Below are positions 54,942 through 64,000 of a stretch of DNA of 64,000 nt, one piece after another; positions within the stretch are counted from its first letter, which is position 1, and each line of letters begins with the position of its first letter. The notes under the pieces are model-generated. The model worked only from the letters and a program-made list of their open reading frames with translations. It was not told the origin of the DNA and searched no databases. Location: the NCBI GenBank assembly GCA_963703285.1, contig OY969807.1:320001-384000 (forward strand). Reading direction: 5' to 3'. The stretch is from an uncultured Nitrososphaerota archaeon. GTDB taxonomy: Archaea; Thermoproteota; Nitrososphaeria; Nitrososphaerales; Gagatemarchaeaceae. Position numbers and translations under genes: made by a program.

Positions 54942-55865
54942 ATGCCAAGCCGGCCGCTGGGTGAACGACTTGGACTGTTCGTCCGGTTCGCACGGGTCCA
55001 GTTTCTCCCCGTCGTCCTAGCCCCGATGCTCGTGGGTACGTCCGCCGCCTGGTACGCGTCGCACTCCCTCAACCCGCTCCTCATCGCGCTCCTTTTCGTC
55101 GGGAGCGCGTCCCTGCTGATCGCTGCCAACTCGATCGACGACGTCTACGACTACATCAACGGGGTCGACCAGATTTCGGAGAGGATGTTTCCAAAGGAGT
55201 TTCCAGGGTGGAAACCGATCCCCCGGGGCATGATGTCCGTGGGGGAGGGGTTCGCGATATCGATGGGGTTCTACCTCGTCAGTCTCGCCGTCGGGGTCTA
55301 CCTCGCGGTGACGGTCGGCTGGCTGGCGCTCGCCATCGCGGTGCCAGGCATCATCCTCAGCTACTTCTACGCCGCCCCCCCGCTCAAGCTCGATTACAGG
55401 GGGTTCGGCCTCGGCGAGATCGCGATATTCCTCAGCTTCGGCCCGATCCCCGCCCTGGGCGCCTTCTACGTCCTCACGGGGGGCGTCGGCAGCCTCCCCG
55501 TCCTTGCGGCCATACCCGCGGGGATGCTCACCGCGAACGTCGTGTTGACCCACGACATGATCTACTACGATTCCTACAAGGAAGGAGGCAAGCGCTCCCT
55601 GACCGTGGTCCTGGGGAGGGTCCGCACGGAGCGGCTGACCTTCGGGCTCTCGCTGCTCGCGTACGCATTCGTCTTCGCGCTCATGGCGGCTAGGATCGTC
55701 CCCCTCTCCGCCGCGCTGGTGCTTCTGTCCGTGCCCCTCCTTCTCTGGCGGGGGCTGCCCTCCGGGAGGGAGAGACCACCCTCGGAGTACGGGAGGATGA
55801 CGGCGCGCGTCTTCGTCCACTCCATCGCCTTTTCCGCGCTGCTCGCAGTGGGGTTGTTCCTTTAG
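54942..55865 (+). CDS. MenA-like UbiA prenyltransferase
   Basis: N..DD.YDY..GVD, Y..PP..L.Y.G.GE, D...GKRSL.V.LG motifs. Confidence 0.85.
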   Translation: MPSRPLGERLGLFVRFARVQFLPVVLAPMLVGTSAAWYASHSLNPLLIALLFVGSASLLIAANSIDDVYDYINGVDQISERMFPKEFPGWKPIPRGMMSVGEGFAISMGFYLVSLAVGVYLAVTVGWLALAIAVPGIILSYFYAAPPLKLDYRGFGLGEIAIFLSFGPIPALGAFYVLTGGVGSLPVLAAIPAGMLTANVVLTHDMIYYDSYKEGGKRSLTVVLGRVRTERLTFGLSLLAYAFVFALMAARIVPLSAALVLLSVPLLLWRGLPSGRERPPSEYGRMTARVFVHSIAFSALLAVGLFL

Positions 55866-55884
55866 CGCCGCCGGAGGCCGAGCG

Positions 55885-56517
55885 ATGAAGAGCGCCCGCG
55901 GGGCCTCCTGGCGCCTGGTCTTCCTCGGGTTCCTCGTCGTCGCCGCCTCGATGGCCGTCCTGTTCACCGCCCCTTCGCGCTACTTCATCGCCGCCACCTT
56001 CGCTTCGATGACGGTCATGATGGCCGCGACCCTCGCCCTGACCGGCTACCGCTGGCTCTTCAGGCCCAGAGCCAAGACCATCGCCTTCGGCCTCGCGAGC
56101 GCCGCCCTGCTCTACCTCGTGTTCTACATCGGCAACCTGGGGGTGACGTCGCTGCATCCCTTCGGCATGAGCGCCGCGAGCGAGACTTCGATCTACTCGC
56201 TCATCGCCTCGCCCTCCAACCCCATCCCGCTCCAGGTCGGCGTTCTCGTCTTCGACGCCGCCGGGTACGAGTCGTTCTTCAGGGGCGTGCTTCAGACCCG
56301 ACTGGAGCCGCGGCTGGGCGCCGGTTCCCCCTTCGCCGTCGCGCTCATCGACGCCCTCCTCCACGTGGTCACCCTGAACCCGCTCTGGGTCGTCACCACC
56401 TTCGTCGCGGACTCGGTCTGGGGTCTCACGTACCACTACACGAAAGACCTGGCCTCGAGCATGACCAGCCACCTGGCCTGGGACCTCGTGATCTTCATCC
56501 TCCTGCCGATTCGGTGA
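55885..56517 (+). CDS. CPBP/Abi-family intramembrane protease
   Basis: YESFFRG, H and SH..WD motifs. Confidence 0.8.
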   Translation: MKSARGASWRLVFLGFLVVAASMAVLFTAPSRYFIAATFASMTVMMAATLALTGYRWLFRPRAKTIAFGLASAALLYLVFYIGNLGVTSLHPFGMSAASETSIYSLIASPSNPIPLQVGVLVFDAAGYESFFRGVLQTRLEPRLGAGSPFAVALIDALLHVVTLNPLWVVTTFVADSVWGLTYHYTKDLASSMTSHLAWDLVIFILLPIR

Positions 56518-56587
56518 CCTCTTTGGCAACTGTCGAAATGCACTGAATCCTTTAATCCGCCACGAAGTGCACGGGGGTGGTTCTTGG

Positions 56588-57754
56588 ATGGGCCTCTTTC
56601 GACCCGAACACGGGGACGCGCTCAAGGCGTTCTACGGACCTGAGGCCGAAGGCTACGGCACGGTCCTCGGTTCGCTCGCCACGTACCTCGAGTCGGAGGT
56701 GGCCCCCCGGTCCCTCGAAGTCGACGCCGGCACCGCCCGCATCTCCGACCTCAGAAAGAAGCTCTTCGACCACGGTCTCTCCCTCATGCCGTTCGAGGAG
56801 CCCGTCGGCATGTCGCTCCCTTTCGGTGTCTACACGCTCGCGATGGAGCTGGTGGGCGCCGCCGATGCGCCCACAGCCATGAGCATGGGCATACACAACA
56901 CGGTCGCGGAGAGCGTCCTCCGCTACGGCACCGCGTCCCAGAAGCAGGCCCTCCTCGCCGACCTGATATCCGGGAGGAGGCTCGCTGCCTTCTCCCTCAC
57001 CGAGCCCTCCTCCGGGTCGGACGCCAGGTCGATGTCGACCCGCGCAGTCCGCACAGGGTCGGGGTTCACGATCAACGGGTCCAAGACCTTCATAACAAAC
57101 GCCGGCGAGGCGGATCTCTACCTCGTCTTCGCGCGGACCGGGGACGGGCACTCGGCCTTCTTGGTCGACGCCTCGACGCAAGGCCTCTCGGCGGGCGACG
57201 ACATCGCCAAGCTCGGGATGAGGGGCTCTAGGACGGCGGAGCTGAGGTTCGAAGACTGTCCGGTCCCTGCTGACCGCCTCCTGGGCGAGGAGGGGAGGGG
57301 CTTCGACTACGCCAAGGCCCTGCTCAACGGGAGCAGGATAGTAATGGGAGCGATCTGCGTGGGGATCGCCCTAACCGCCTACGGGAAGGCCCTCGAATAC
57401 GGCACCCAGCGGGAGTTGTTCAAGACGAAGCTCGCCGACCTGCAGATGACGCGCGAGAAGATCGCAAACATGAGGACGGAGATCAGCTCGGCGCGCCTCC
57501 TCTGCCTCTACGCATCGCGCCTGAAGGAGCTGGGGCTCGGCTACGCATCGGAGGCTGCGCAGGCCAAGGTGCTGGCCACCGAGATGGCGGCCCGCGTCTG
57601 CGACCAGGCGATACAGATGTTCGCGGGATACGGCTACACCAATCCGGACGTGCACAGGCACTGGAGGGACGCCCGCCTCCTCACCATCGGGGAGGGTACC
57701 TCGGAGGTCCTCAGGATGCTGATCGCCGCCAAGGAGGTCGCTGGCGCGAGATGA
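56588..57754 (+). CDS. Acyl-CoA dehydrogenase
   Basis: FSLTEP.SGSD, NGSK.FITN, KLGMRG, IGEGTSE motifs. Confidence 0.92.
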   Translation: MGLFRPEHGDALKAFYGPEAEGYGTVLGSLATYLESEVAPRSLEVDAGTARISDLRKKLFDHGLSLMPFEEPVGMSLPFGVYTLAMELVGAADAPTAMSMGIHNTVAESVLRYGTASQKQALLADLISGRRLAAFSLTEPSSGSDARSMSTRAVRTGSGFTINGSKTFITNAGEADLYLVFARTGDGHSAFLVDASTQGLSAGDDIAKLGMRGSRTAELRFEDCPVPADRLLGEEGRGFDYAKALLNGSRIVMGAICVGIALTAYGKALEYGTQRELFKTKLADLQMTREKIANMRTEISSARLLCLYASRLKELGLGYASEAAQAKVLATEMAARVCDQAIQMFAGYGYTNPDVHRHWRDARLLTIGEGTSEVLRMLIAAKEVAGAR

Positions 57755-58512
57755 ACGTCGTCGTCTGCGTCAAGCACGCCATCGACGAGTCGGAGTTGAG
57801 GGCAGACTCGAGCGGCTCCCCCCAGCTTCAGGGTGCACAGGCCAGGATGAGTACCTTCGACAGGAACGCCGTCGAGGAGGCCGTAAGAATCAAGGAGGCG
57901 CGAGGAGGGGCCGTGACCGTGGTGAGCCTCGGCAGCGGGGACTGGAAGAAGTCCATCAAAGAGGCGCTGGCCATGGGGGCGGACAGGGCCGTTGCCGTGA
58001 ACTCTTCCGGGCAGCTCGACGCCCTCGCCACGTCCTACTTCCTCTCCCGCGCCATAACGCGCTCTGGGCCGTTCGACGTCGTCATCCTCTCGGAGGGCTC
58101 CTCCGACACCTACACCGGCCTCGTGGGCCCGATGACCGCCGAATGGTTGCGCCTGCCCTTCATGGGCTACGTCCGCAAGCTCGAGGTCCGCGAGGGCACT
58201 CTGCGGTGCGAGCTCTCCCTCGAGGAGCACGACGAGATCGCCGAGTCCGACCTTCCAGCCGTCGTCACCGTCGTGAGCGAGATCAATTCGCCGAGGTATC
58301 CTACGCTGCTGCAGATAATGCAGGCGTCGAAGAAGCCGATGGAAGAAGTCTCCCTCGATTCGCTGAAGGAGAACGATTCGCCCGCGTCGAGGGTGCAGGT
58401 CGGCGAGGTCAAGGTTCAGGCCGTGAGCAGGAAGAGGGTCTTCCTCGAGGGGACACCGGAGGAGAGCTCCAGGAGCCTCGTCGAGGCGCTGAGGAAGGAG
58501 GGAGTGATTTAA
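57751..58512 (+). CDS. etfB: Electron transfer flavoprotein beta subunit
   Basis: VVCVK, D.NAVEEA, ALAMGAD, PRYP motifs. Confidence 0.92.
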   Translation: MNVVVCVKHAIDESELRADSSGSPQLQGAQARMSTFDRNAVEEAVRIKEARGGAVTVVSLGSGDWKKSIKEALAMGADRAVAVNSSGQLDALATSYFLSRAITRSGPFDVVILSEGSSDTYTGLVGPMTAEWLRLPFMGYVRKLEVREGTLRCELSLEEHDEIAESDLPAVVTVVSEINSPRYPTLLQIMQASKKPMEEVSLDSLKENDSPASRVQVGEVKVQAVSRKRVFLEGTPEESSRSLVEALRKEGVI

Positions 58513-59429
58513 CCGACATACTGTCATTCTCGGAGGACGAGGGCCTCGCGCGCGAGCTGTCGAACGGGTGCGCCGCGCTGGGGGCCGCTTCCGGGAAGAG
58601 GTCCTCTTCGGTGGTCCTGGATGCCATCGGAGGAGCTTCGCCGGCGGGCTCGGTCCTTCTGGCTAGGTCCGAGGGGCCGCTCGCCGGCGACTACGAGCGG
58701 ATATCGGAAGCCCTCTCCGCCATCGGGAGGGCGAAGGGCGCGACCATCTTCGTGATAGGCGCGACCCGGCTTGGGCGACAGGTGGCGGCGAAGCTCGCCG
58801 TCTCCCTCGGCGCCGGAGTCCTCAGCGACGTCAGGGGGCTCGCCGTCTCCGATGGCAGGATGAAGGGTACCCGGGGCGTCTACGCCGGGAGGTTCCTCGC
58901 GACGGTCGAGTCGGGCCTGCCCTGCATCGCCCTCGTCCCTCCGGGCTGCTATCCGGGAGACGCCAATGGCGCCCGCACCGTCGAGGAGGTCGACCTCGGG
59001 GCGCTGCCTTCGAAGGTCCGATACCTGGAGTCGCGTCCAAAGACGAGGGGGACTGTCGACCTCAGGAGCGCCAAGATAATCGTCTCCGCAGGGAGGGGGT
59101 TCAAGAAGAAGGAGGACCTCTCGCTGGCTGAGGAGCTGGCGCGCGCCCTGGGAGGGGAGCTCGGCGCGTCGCGCCCTCTCTCCTCTGACCTCGGATGGCT
59201 AGGGGAGGAGCGCCACGTGGGGCTGACCGGGATTTACGTGAGGCCCGACCTCTACGTAGCCGTGGGCATCTCGGGGCAGCTGCAGCACGTGGCGGGGATC
59301 AAGGACTCCAAGGTCATAGTCGCCATAAACAGGGACAGACAGGCGCCGATATTCCAGGTCGCAGACTATGGGATCGTCGGAGACCTCTACCAGGTGGTCC
59401 CAGCGCTCGTCAGGGCGCTGGGCGCCTAG
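58509..59429 (+). CDS. etfA: Electron transfer flavoprotein alpha subunit (non-canonical start, TTA 58509 or ATA/CTG nearby)
   Basis: [29 protein letters not shown] motifs; N-terminal strand 'ILSFSE' begins at the etfB stop. Confidence 0.88.
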   Translation, partial: LTDILSFSEDEGLARELSNGCAALGAASGKRSSSVVLDAIGGASPAGSVLLARSEGPLAGDYERISEALSAIGRAKGATIFVIGATRLGRQVAAKLAVSLGAGVLSDVRGLAVSDGRMKGTRGVYAGRFLATVESGLPCIALVPPGCYPGDANGARTVEEVDLGALPSKVRYLESRPKTRGTVDLRSAKIIVSAGRGFKKKEDLSLAEELARALGGELGASRPLSSDLGWLGEERHVGLTGIYVRPDLYVAVGISGQLQHVAGIKDSKVIVAINRDRQAPIFQVADYGIVGDLYQVVPALVRALGA

Positions 59430-61432
59430 CTCTTGGGAAGGCTCTCCGCCACTATCTCGGCGACGTCCTTGACGGCGATGGTCTCGTTCCCGAGCCCTTT
59501 CGCCGCGTCCTCGAACATGGCGACACAGAACGGGCACCCCACAGCGAGGGTCCCCGCCCCCGTCTCGACGGCCTCCTCCAGCCTTATCTCGCTGATCTTC
59601 TTCTTCTCGGGGACCTGGTACCAGGAGTTGGCGCCGCCGCCCCCGCAGCAGAACCCCTTGGACCTGTTCCTCTTCATCTCGACCAGCTCGATCCCGGTCT
59701 GGGAACCGAGGACGGAGCGGGGCTCCTCGAAGACGCCATTGATCCTTCCGAGGTTGCACGGGTCGTGGAATGTAACCCTCCCCTGGGTAGACCCCGGCTT
59801 CAGCCTCCCCGACGTCGTCAGCTCCCAGATGAGCTGCGTGTGATGGATTACCTGGAAGTCCGCGCCGAACTCCGGGTAGTCGTTCAGGAAGGTGTTGAAA
59901 CAGTGCGCGCAGTGCACGACCACCTTCTTCTTCCCTGCCGACTTCAGCGTCGCTATGTTGCGCATCGCGAGCTCCTGGAACCTCGCCTCCTCGCCCATCC
60001 TCCTCACCGGCTCGCCCGTGCAGACCTCCTCGTTGCCCAGGATGGCGAAGTCCACCTTCGCCGCCCTGAGGATTTGGACCACGGAGGCGGTTACCTTCCG
60101 TGCCCTCGGATCGTAGCTGCCCTGGCAACCCACCCAGTAGACGTACTCCGCTCCAGGGTTCTCCTTCAGAGTGGGCACGCCGAGGTCGGTGAGCCAGGTC
60201 TGCCGCTCGCCCTGCGGGAGGCCGAAAGGATTGTTGCTCCTCGCTATGTTCTCAAGGAACGCCCGCTTCAAGGGGTCTAGCTTGTTCTCTGCGACGAGGG
60301 TTCGCCTGAACTCGACGATGTAGTCCACCTGGTCTATGAGAACAGGACAGGCGTTCACGCAGGCGTTGCAGGTCGTGCACGACCAGACCTCCTGCTCCCT
60401 GATCACGCCGGTCGCGAGGGAGTCGCGCCCTCCCGACTTCAACTCTGCCCCGAGGTCCCGGACCACCGACCTCGGCGAGAGGTCCCTCCCCGCCGCGTAG
60501 GCCGGGCAGACGTCCTGGCACCTGCCGCAGTTGGTGCAGGCGTCGAGGGCCAGGAGCTGCATCGGCCCGAAGTCGGTGCTCGAGGTCACGTTCGGGGGAG
60601 CCTCGACGTCCCCGGACTCTAGCATTGCGGCCAGGCTGAACGGCGTCGCGAGCCGGCCCATGGGCTTCGCTTCCGCGACCGCGACGTTCAGGCCCGAGGT
60701 GAAGACGTGGACGAGCTTCGTGTAGGGGACCAGAGCCACGAGCGCGAACACCGAGAACATGTGAGCCCACCAGAAGTCCTGGTAGGCGACGGGCGCACCC
60801 GCCCTCGAGACGAGACCTCCCACTAGCCAGGAGAGGAAGCTTCCCACCGGGGAGTAGAGCGAGGCCTGAGCGGGATGAGCGACGAACTTGAGCGTCTCGA
60901 GGAGGAAGCCGGAGATCCCTATCCAGACAAGGAACCCGAGCACGACGTAGTCGTCCCACGCCGTCCTGAGCTTCTCGGGTCTCTGGACGAACCTCCTGTA
61001 GAGCGCTATGCCGAGGCCGACGACGAACGCGAGGCCGAAGGTGTCACCTAGGAACTCGAGCGTCTGGTAGAACTGGCCCTGTATGAAGAACGCGCTGTAG
61101 AAGAGGGGGACTATGTCGCTCTGGATGAAGATGATGGTCGTGTAAGCGAGCAGCATGAGGAAACCGTAGAAGATCGCTCCGTGCATCACACCACCCTCGC
61201 CATCGGAGAGGACGCGCTCCTGTTCCATCCCAAACCTGGCGAACCTCCGGAGCTTTGTCCCTGCGTCCCTCGAGGAGAGCTTGAGGAACTGCCAGGGGGA
61301 GAGGCCGTATCGCGCAAGGTGCCTGTAGAGCCCGTAGATCATGATCGCGCCGCTGATGAAGAACGTGACGAAGAGGACGTCCGGGGCGTACCAGGGTAGG
61401 AAGAGGTAGCTGGGTCTTATCGGACCGGACAT
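59426..61432 (-). CDS. Membrane-bound Fe-S oxidoreductase (FadF / heterodisulfide reductase-like)
   Basis: TM cytochrome-b-like N-terminus, two CxxCxxCxxxCP motifs, CCG domains. Confidence 0.9.
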   Translation of the reverse strand: MSGPIRPSYLFLPWYAPDVLFVTFFISGAIMIYGLYRHLARYGLSPWQFLKLSSRDAGTKLRRFARFGMEQERVLSDGEGGVMHGAIFYGFLMLLAYTTIIFIQSDIVPLFYSAFFIQGQFYQTLEFLGDTFGLAFVVGLGIALYRRFVQRPEKLRTAWDDYVVLGFLVWIGISGFLLETLKFVAHPAQASLYSPVGSFLSWLVGGLVSRAGAPVAYQDFWWAHMFSVFALVALVPYTKLVHVFTSGLNVAVAEAKPMGRLATPFSLAAMLESGDVEAPPNVTSSTDFGPMQLLALDACTNCGRCQDVCPAYAAGRDLSPRSVVRDLGAELKSGGRDSLATGVIREQEVWSCTTCNACVNACPVLIDQVDYIVEFRRTLVAENKLDPLKRAFLENIARSNNPFGLPQGERQTWLTDLGVPTLKENPGAEYVYWVGCQGSYDPRARKVTASVVQILRAAKVDFAILGNEEVCTGEPVRRMGEEARFQELAMRNIATLKSAGKKKVVVHCAHCFNTFLNDYPEFGADFQVIHHTQLIWELTTSGRLKPGSTQGRVTFHDPCNLGRINGVFEEPRSVLGSQTGIELVEMKRNRSKGFCCGGGGANSWYQVPEKKKISEIRLEEAVETGAGTLAVGCPFCVAMFEDAAKGLGNETIAVKDVAEIVAESLPKS

Positions 61433-61485
61433 CGCTCGGCGGTCGAAAGTCCGGTGCTTTTAATCGGTTCGACTCGCGGCCATGG

Positions 61486-63369
61486 TCATGCCGCCGAAGG
61501 CGCGGGACCGTTCTCCGGGGGATCCTCTTGCTTTCGATTCACCCTTCTGCGAACGACCTTCCCCCCGCCGGCTGGCAGTGCCCTGGCGACCTCGTCCAGG
61601 CTCAGCCTCCCCGCGTCGTCGCCGTAGAGCTTCTTCAGCTCGAAGAGGACCTTCTTGGCTGTGTCCGAGGTCTTCTCCCTCGCCGGTACGAGCGTAACGT
61701 GGGCGCGGCAGGCCTTGATGAGCGACTCCTCAGGACCCGCCATGACCCTCCCCCTGGAGTCGAGCCCCACGGCGACCTCGACGGGGTTCTTCGTGGCGAA
61801 GTTCTTCTTGCCCCTGATGACGAACGAGCCCTTGGCCAGGAACTCTCCGCTCGGTGCGGTCGTGCTGACCTGCTCCGGCCTCACCCAAAAGGCGTCGGCA
61901 GCGGCCAACCCCGTCTTCCAGGCGCTGCTGAAGGACGCGGTCGCCTGCGCCACCTGGCGTATCTCGTCGGCGGTCTGGTGCTCGCCTCCCTTCAGGACGA
62001 AGAACGGCGATCCGAAGAGGTCCGCGTGATATGCGACATCACCCTCCTCGAGGTGCTTCTTCACCAGGATTGTGTTGGATTGGGCGTCCCTTCCTCCGAC
62101 GGCCAGCCTGCCCTCGGTGGTGAAGAACCACCTGAACTTCTCGTACCATTCCTTGCTCGCCCGCGTCACGACCTGCACCCTGGCCTTGGGGATCTCCTTC
62201 TGGGCCCTGCGCAGCCTCGGCCTGAGCGAGAGCTCGACCTCGTGTATCCTCCTGATCTCCGCCTCCGCGCCCTTGGCGCTATCGAAAAGACTCGACGAGA
62301 TGGCCGCGGTCGACATCCCCAGTAGCGAGGTGCGTAGAGACGGCTCCAACTTCATCTCTGCCAGGGCTCGGTCTGCCTCGTCCGGAGAGGGAGCCGCCCG
62401 GACGGCGATGGCCGCTGCTCGGAGTGCCGATGCCCTCAGCGCCAGATCGCCAGCCTGCTCCTCGAGCCTCCTCAGGGTCACCTCCAGCTCCTTCGTCCGC
62501 TGGTTCTCGCTTCCCTCGGGCGCGCTCTCCTCCTCTAGGAGGAGCGGCGAGAGCGCGCTGTCGGCGAGGAGGCTCATCGTCGGGGCGGACTCGACCACCT
62601 CCGCGCTCTCGGGCCGGACGGCCATCAGCTCCAGACCGTCGCCCGTCCTGACCAGGCTCGGGCTGGGTGACTCGAGGCTCGCCACAAGCTCCGCCACGAC
62701 GGAGGATACCCTCCGTATCCTCTCGGGCGGGACGTCCGTCGAGTCGCCCTGGGAGAGAGATGCCCTCTTCAGTATCTCGTCGACGTATCTCCTCGGCAGC
62801 GACAGGCCGCGCCCGAGCGCCCTCCCCACCGTCTTTTCTGCAGAAAAGGCCTCCGCCAGGGACTCCGGGTCGGCTCTCTCGGGAGACGACCTGCTCTGGG
62901 GAGGCGGCTCATACAGCCTCCCCCTGATGATGCTCCTCTGGGGGCCGCTCGCCTCCCTTAGCGAGAGCACTATCCTGCCCGCCGCGTCGGTGAGTATGAT
63001 GTTCCCGGGAGGCATGACCTCGAGGACGAGCTGGAAATCCTCCCTGGCTCCGGAGAAGCGGAAGAACACGACCCTGTCTAGGTCGAACTGGGATACGCCG
63101 TCGAGCTTCATCCTGAGGAGCTCGCGCCTGAGCGAGGTCGTGAACTCGTCGGTGACGGTCTGAGCCGGCCTGGTCGTGATCCACGCGCCGTACTTTGGAG
63201 AGACGACGACGTCGACGTCCTCGCCAGTCTGCCGCCTGATCCGGAAGACCTGGGACTGTCCCAGCGAGTGGATGTTGGAGACGTACCCCCCGCTCAGGCT
63301 CCCGAGCTCCCTGACGAGAACCCTGACCTCGAAACCCGAGAGCGACGGCCTCCTCTGTCTCTTCTCCAC
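61486..63369 (-). CDS. rqcH: Ribosome rescue factor Rqc2/RqcH (NFACT)
   Basis: DR motif, WYEKFRWF, GGRDA..N, HAD..GSP, PSGE.L.KGSF.I.G motifs. Confidence 0.88.
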   Translation of the reverse strand: MEKRQRRPSLSGFEVRVLVRELGSLSGGYVSNIHSLGQSQVFRIRRQTGEDVDVVVSPKYGAWITTRPAQTVTDEFTTSLRRELLRMKLDGVSQFDLDRVVFFRFSGAREDFQLVLEVMPPGNIILTDAAGRIVLSLREASGPQRSIIRGRLYEPPPQSRSSPERADPESLAEAFSAEKTVGRALGRGLSLPRRYVDEILKRASLSQGDSTDVPPERIRRVSSVVAELVASLESPSPSLVRTGDGLELMAVRPESAEVVESAPTMSLLADSALSPLLLEEESAPEGSENQRTKELEVTLRRLEEQAGDLALRASALRAAAIAVRAAPSPDEADRALAEMKLEPSLRTSLLGMSTAAISSSLFDSAKGAEAEIRRIHEVELSLRPRLRRAQKEIPKARVQVVTRASKEWYEKFRWFFTTEGRLAVGGRDAQSNTILVKKHLEEGDVAYHADLFGSPFFVLKGGEHQTADEIRQVAQATASFSSAWKTGLAAADAFWVRPEQVSTTAPSGEFLAKGSFVIRGKKNFATKNPVEVAVGLDSRGRVMAGPEESLIKACRAHVTLVPAREKTSDTAKKVLFELKKLYGDDAGRLSLDEVARALPAGGGKVVRRRVNRKQEDPPENGPAPSAA

Positions 63370-63497
63370 CCTGTCTCCCCTTTTTCCGCCGGACCACTCG
63401 AGAATTATAACCTATCCTCTTCGGCGGTGGAACCTTTTTTTAGCCCACTCTGGCTGGTGCCATTCCCGTTGACGCGGAAGGATGCTCTGAGGGCCAG

Positions 63498-63788
63498 ATG
63501 ATGGTCCTCACCAAGACCGACAAGATATTCTGGCTGAGGGTCGGGTTCGGCGCCTTGGCGGGGGTCGCGTCCGAGCTGCTCTTCGGGACCGACTACGTCA
63601 GCGGGGTGCTGCTGGCAATGATCACGTACTTCGCGTCCTATTACCTGGTGAGGTGGGTCTGGGGCTCCCAGTTCAAGGTCGAGGAGGCGACCAAGATGTA
63701 CACCGCGGGGCTGGGCAGCTTCGTCCTCCTCTTCCTCTTCCTTTACATTCTGCTCTTTACGCTTGGGGTGCACTCTCTAAATCTCTAG
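63498..63788 (+). CDS. Small 3-TM protein, EMC6/Rab5ip-like
   Basis: W.RV....LAG, G......Y and G..SF..LFL...IL..TL pattern. Confidence 0.55.
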   Translation: MMVLTKTDKIFWLRVGFGALAGVASELLFGTDYVSGVLLAMITYFASYYLVRWVWGSQFKVEEATKMYTAGLGSFVLLFLFLYILLFTLGVHSLNL

Positions 63789-63999
63789 CCGGGCTGCGGC
63801 TCTTCTTCGCCCACTTCGATATGGTCTGGATGTACCCCCTGTCCATGTCGTCTGTGGTGTGCAGCCTCGGTATGCGCTCCGCGGCACGGAGGATCTTGTC
63901 GTAGTCGGACATCCTCTCCGTGTTCTTGTTGTCCAGCACGCTCATGATTCCGTTGAGTGCGAGGATCGCTCCCCTCCCGTACTCTGAGGAGACCTCGGG
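63757..63999 (-). CDS. Hypothetical protein, 5'-truncated by the window edge
   Basis: Frame is open to the edge (..EYGRGAILALNG...DDMDRGY..). Confidence 0.6.
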   Translation of the reverse strand, partial: PEVSSEYGRGAILALNGIMSVLDNKNTERMSDYDKILRAAERIPRLHTTDDMDRGYIQTISKWAKKSRSPARDLESAPQA

Positions 64000-64000
64000 G

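Noticed and set aside
58143-58508. Long N-terminal extension of EtfA
   Set aside because: It overlaps etfB out of frame and is Arg/Gly-rich shadow translation.
2531-63397. Numerous long antisense or alternate-frame ORFs (e.g. 2531-3538 -, 28533-29624 -, 47002-48420 +, 62072-63163 +)
   Set aside because: Expected shadows of GC3-rich coding sequence; they overlap well-supported genes and have no motifs.

Overview
GC-rich archaeal chromosomal window. Leaderless TATA-type promoters, radA, eL13, a BHB-intron tRNA and the gene set suggest a heterotrophic TACK archaeon, plausibly a non-ammonia-oxidising Nitrososphaerota (inference). Most of it is housekeeping: a triple MetE-like + MetF-like operon, guaB/guaA/adenosine deaminase, pentose phosphate genes, sod, heme o/a synthases, asnS, radA, pyrF, uppS, a beta-oxidation/ETF/thiolase cluster and rqcH. 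Four patterns stand out. (1) A tnpB-only element (20637-21872) is bounded by 25-bp terminal inverted repeats starting GGTTCT and a perfect 8-bp target-site duplication (AAAGTAGC), i.e. IS6/DDE-type ends rather than IS200/IS605/IS607 ends; an IS6 transposase with GGTTCTG ends lies at the window start. (2) Several conserved genes show a '3'-end replacement' architecture: a synonymously recoded tail, then a convergent nuclease gene or remnant, then a displaced copy of the old tail. This is unambiguous at uppS and suggestive at a thiolase gene, tRNA-Tyr and sod. (3) Several conserved genes can only start at non-canonical codons (CTG/CTA/TTA). (4) One core methionine synthase is fused to a DUF4346-like domain. 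All family calls are from motif recognition by eye, not database searches.
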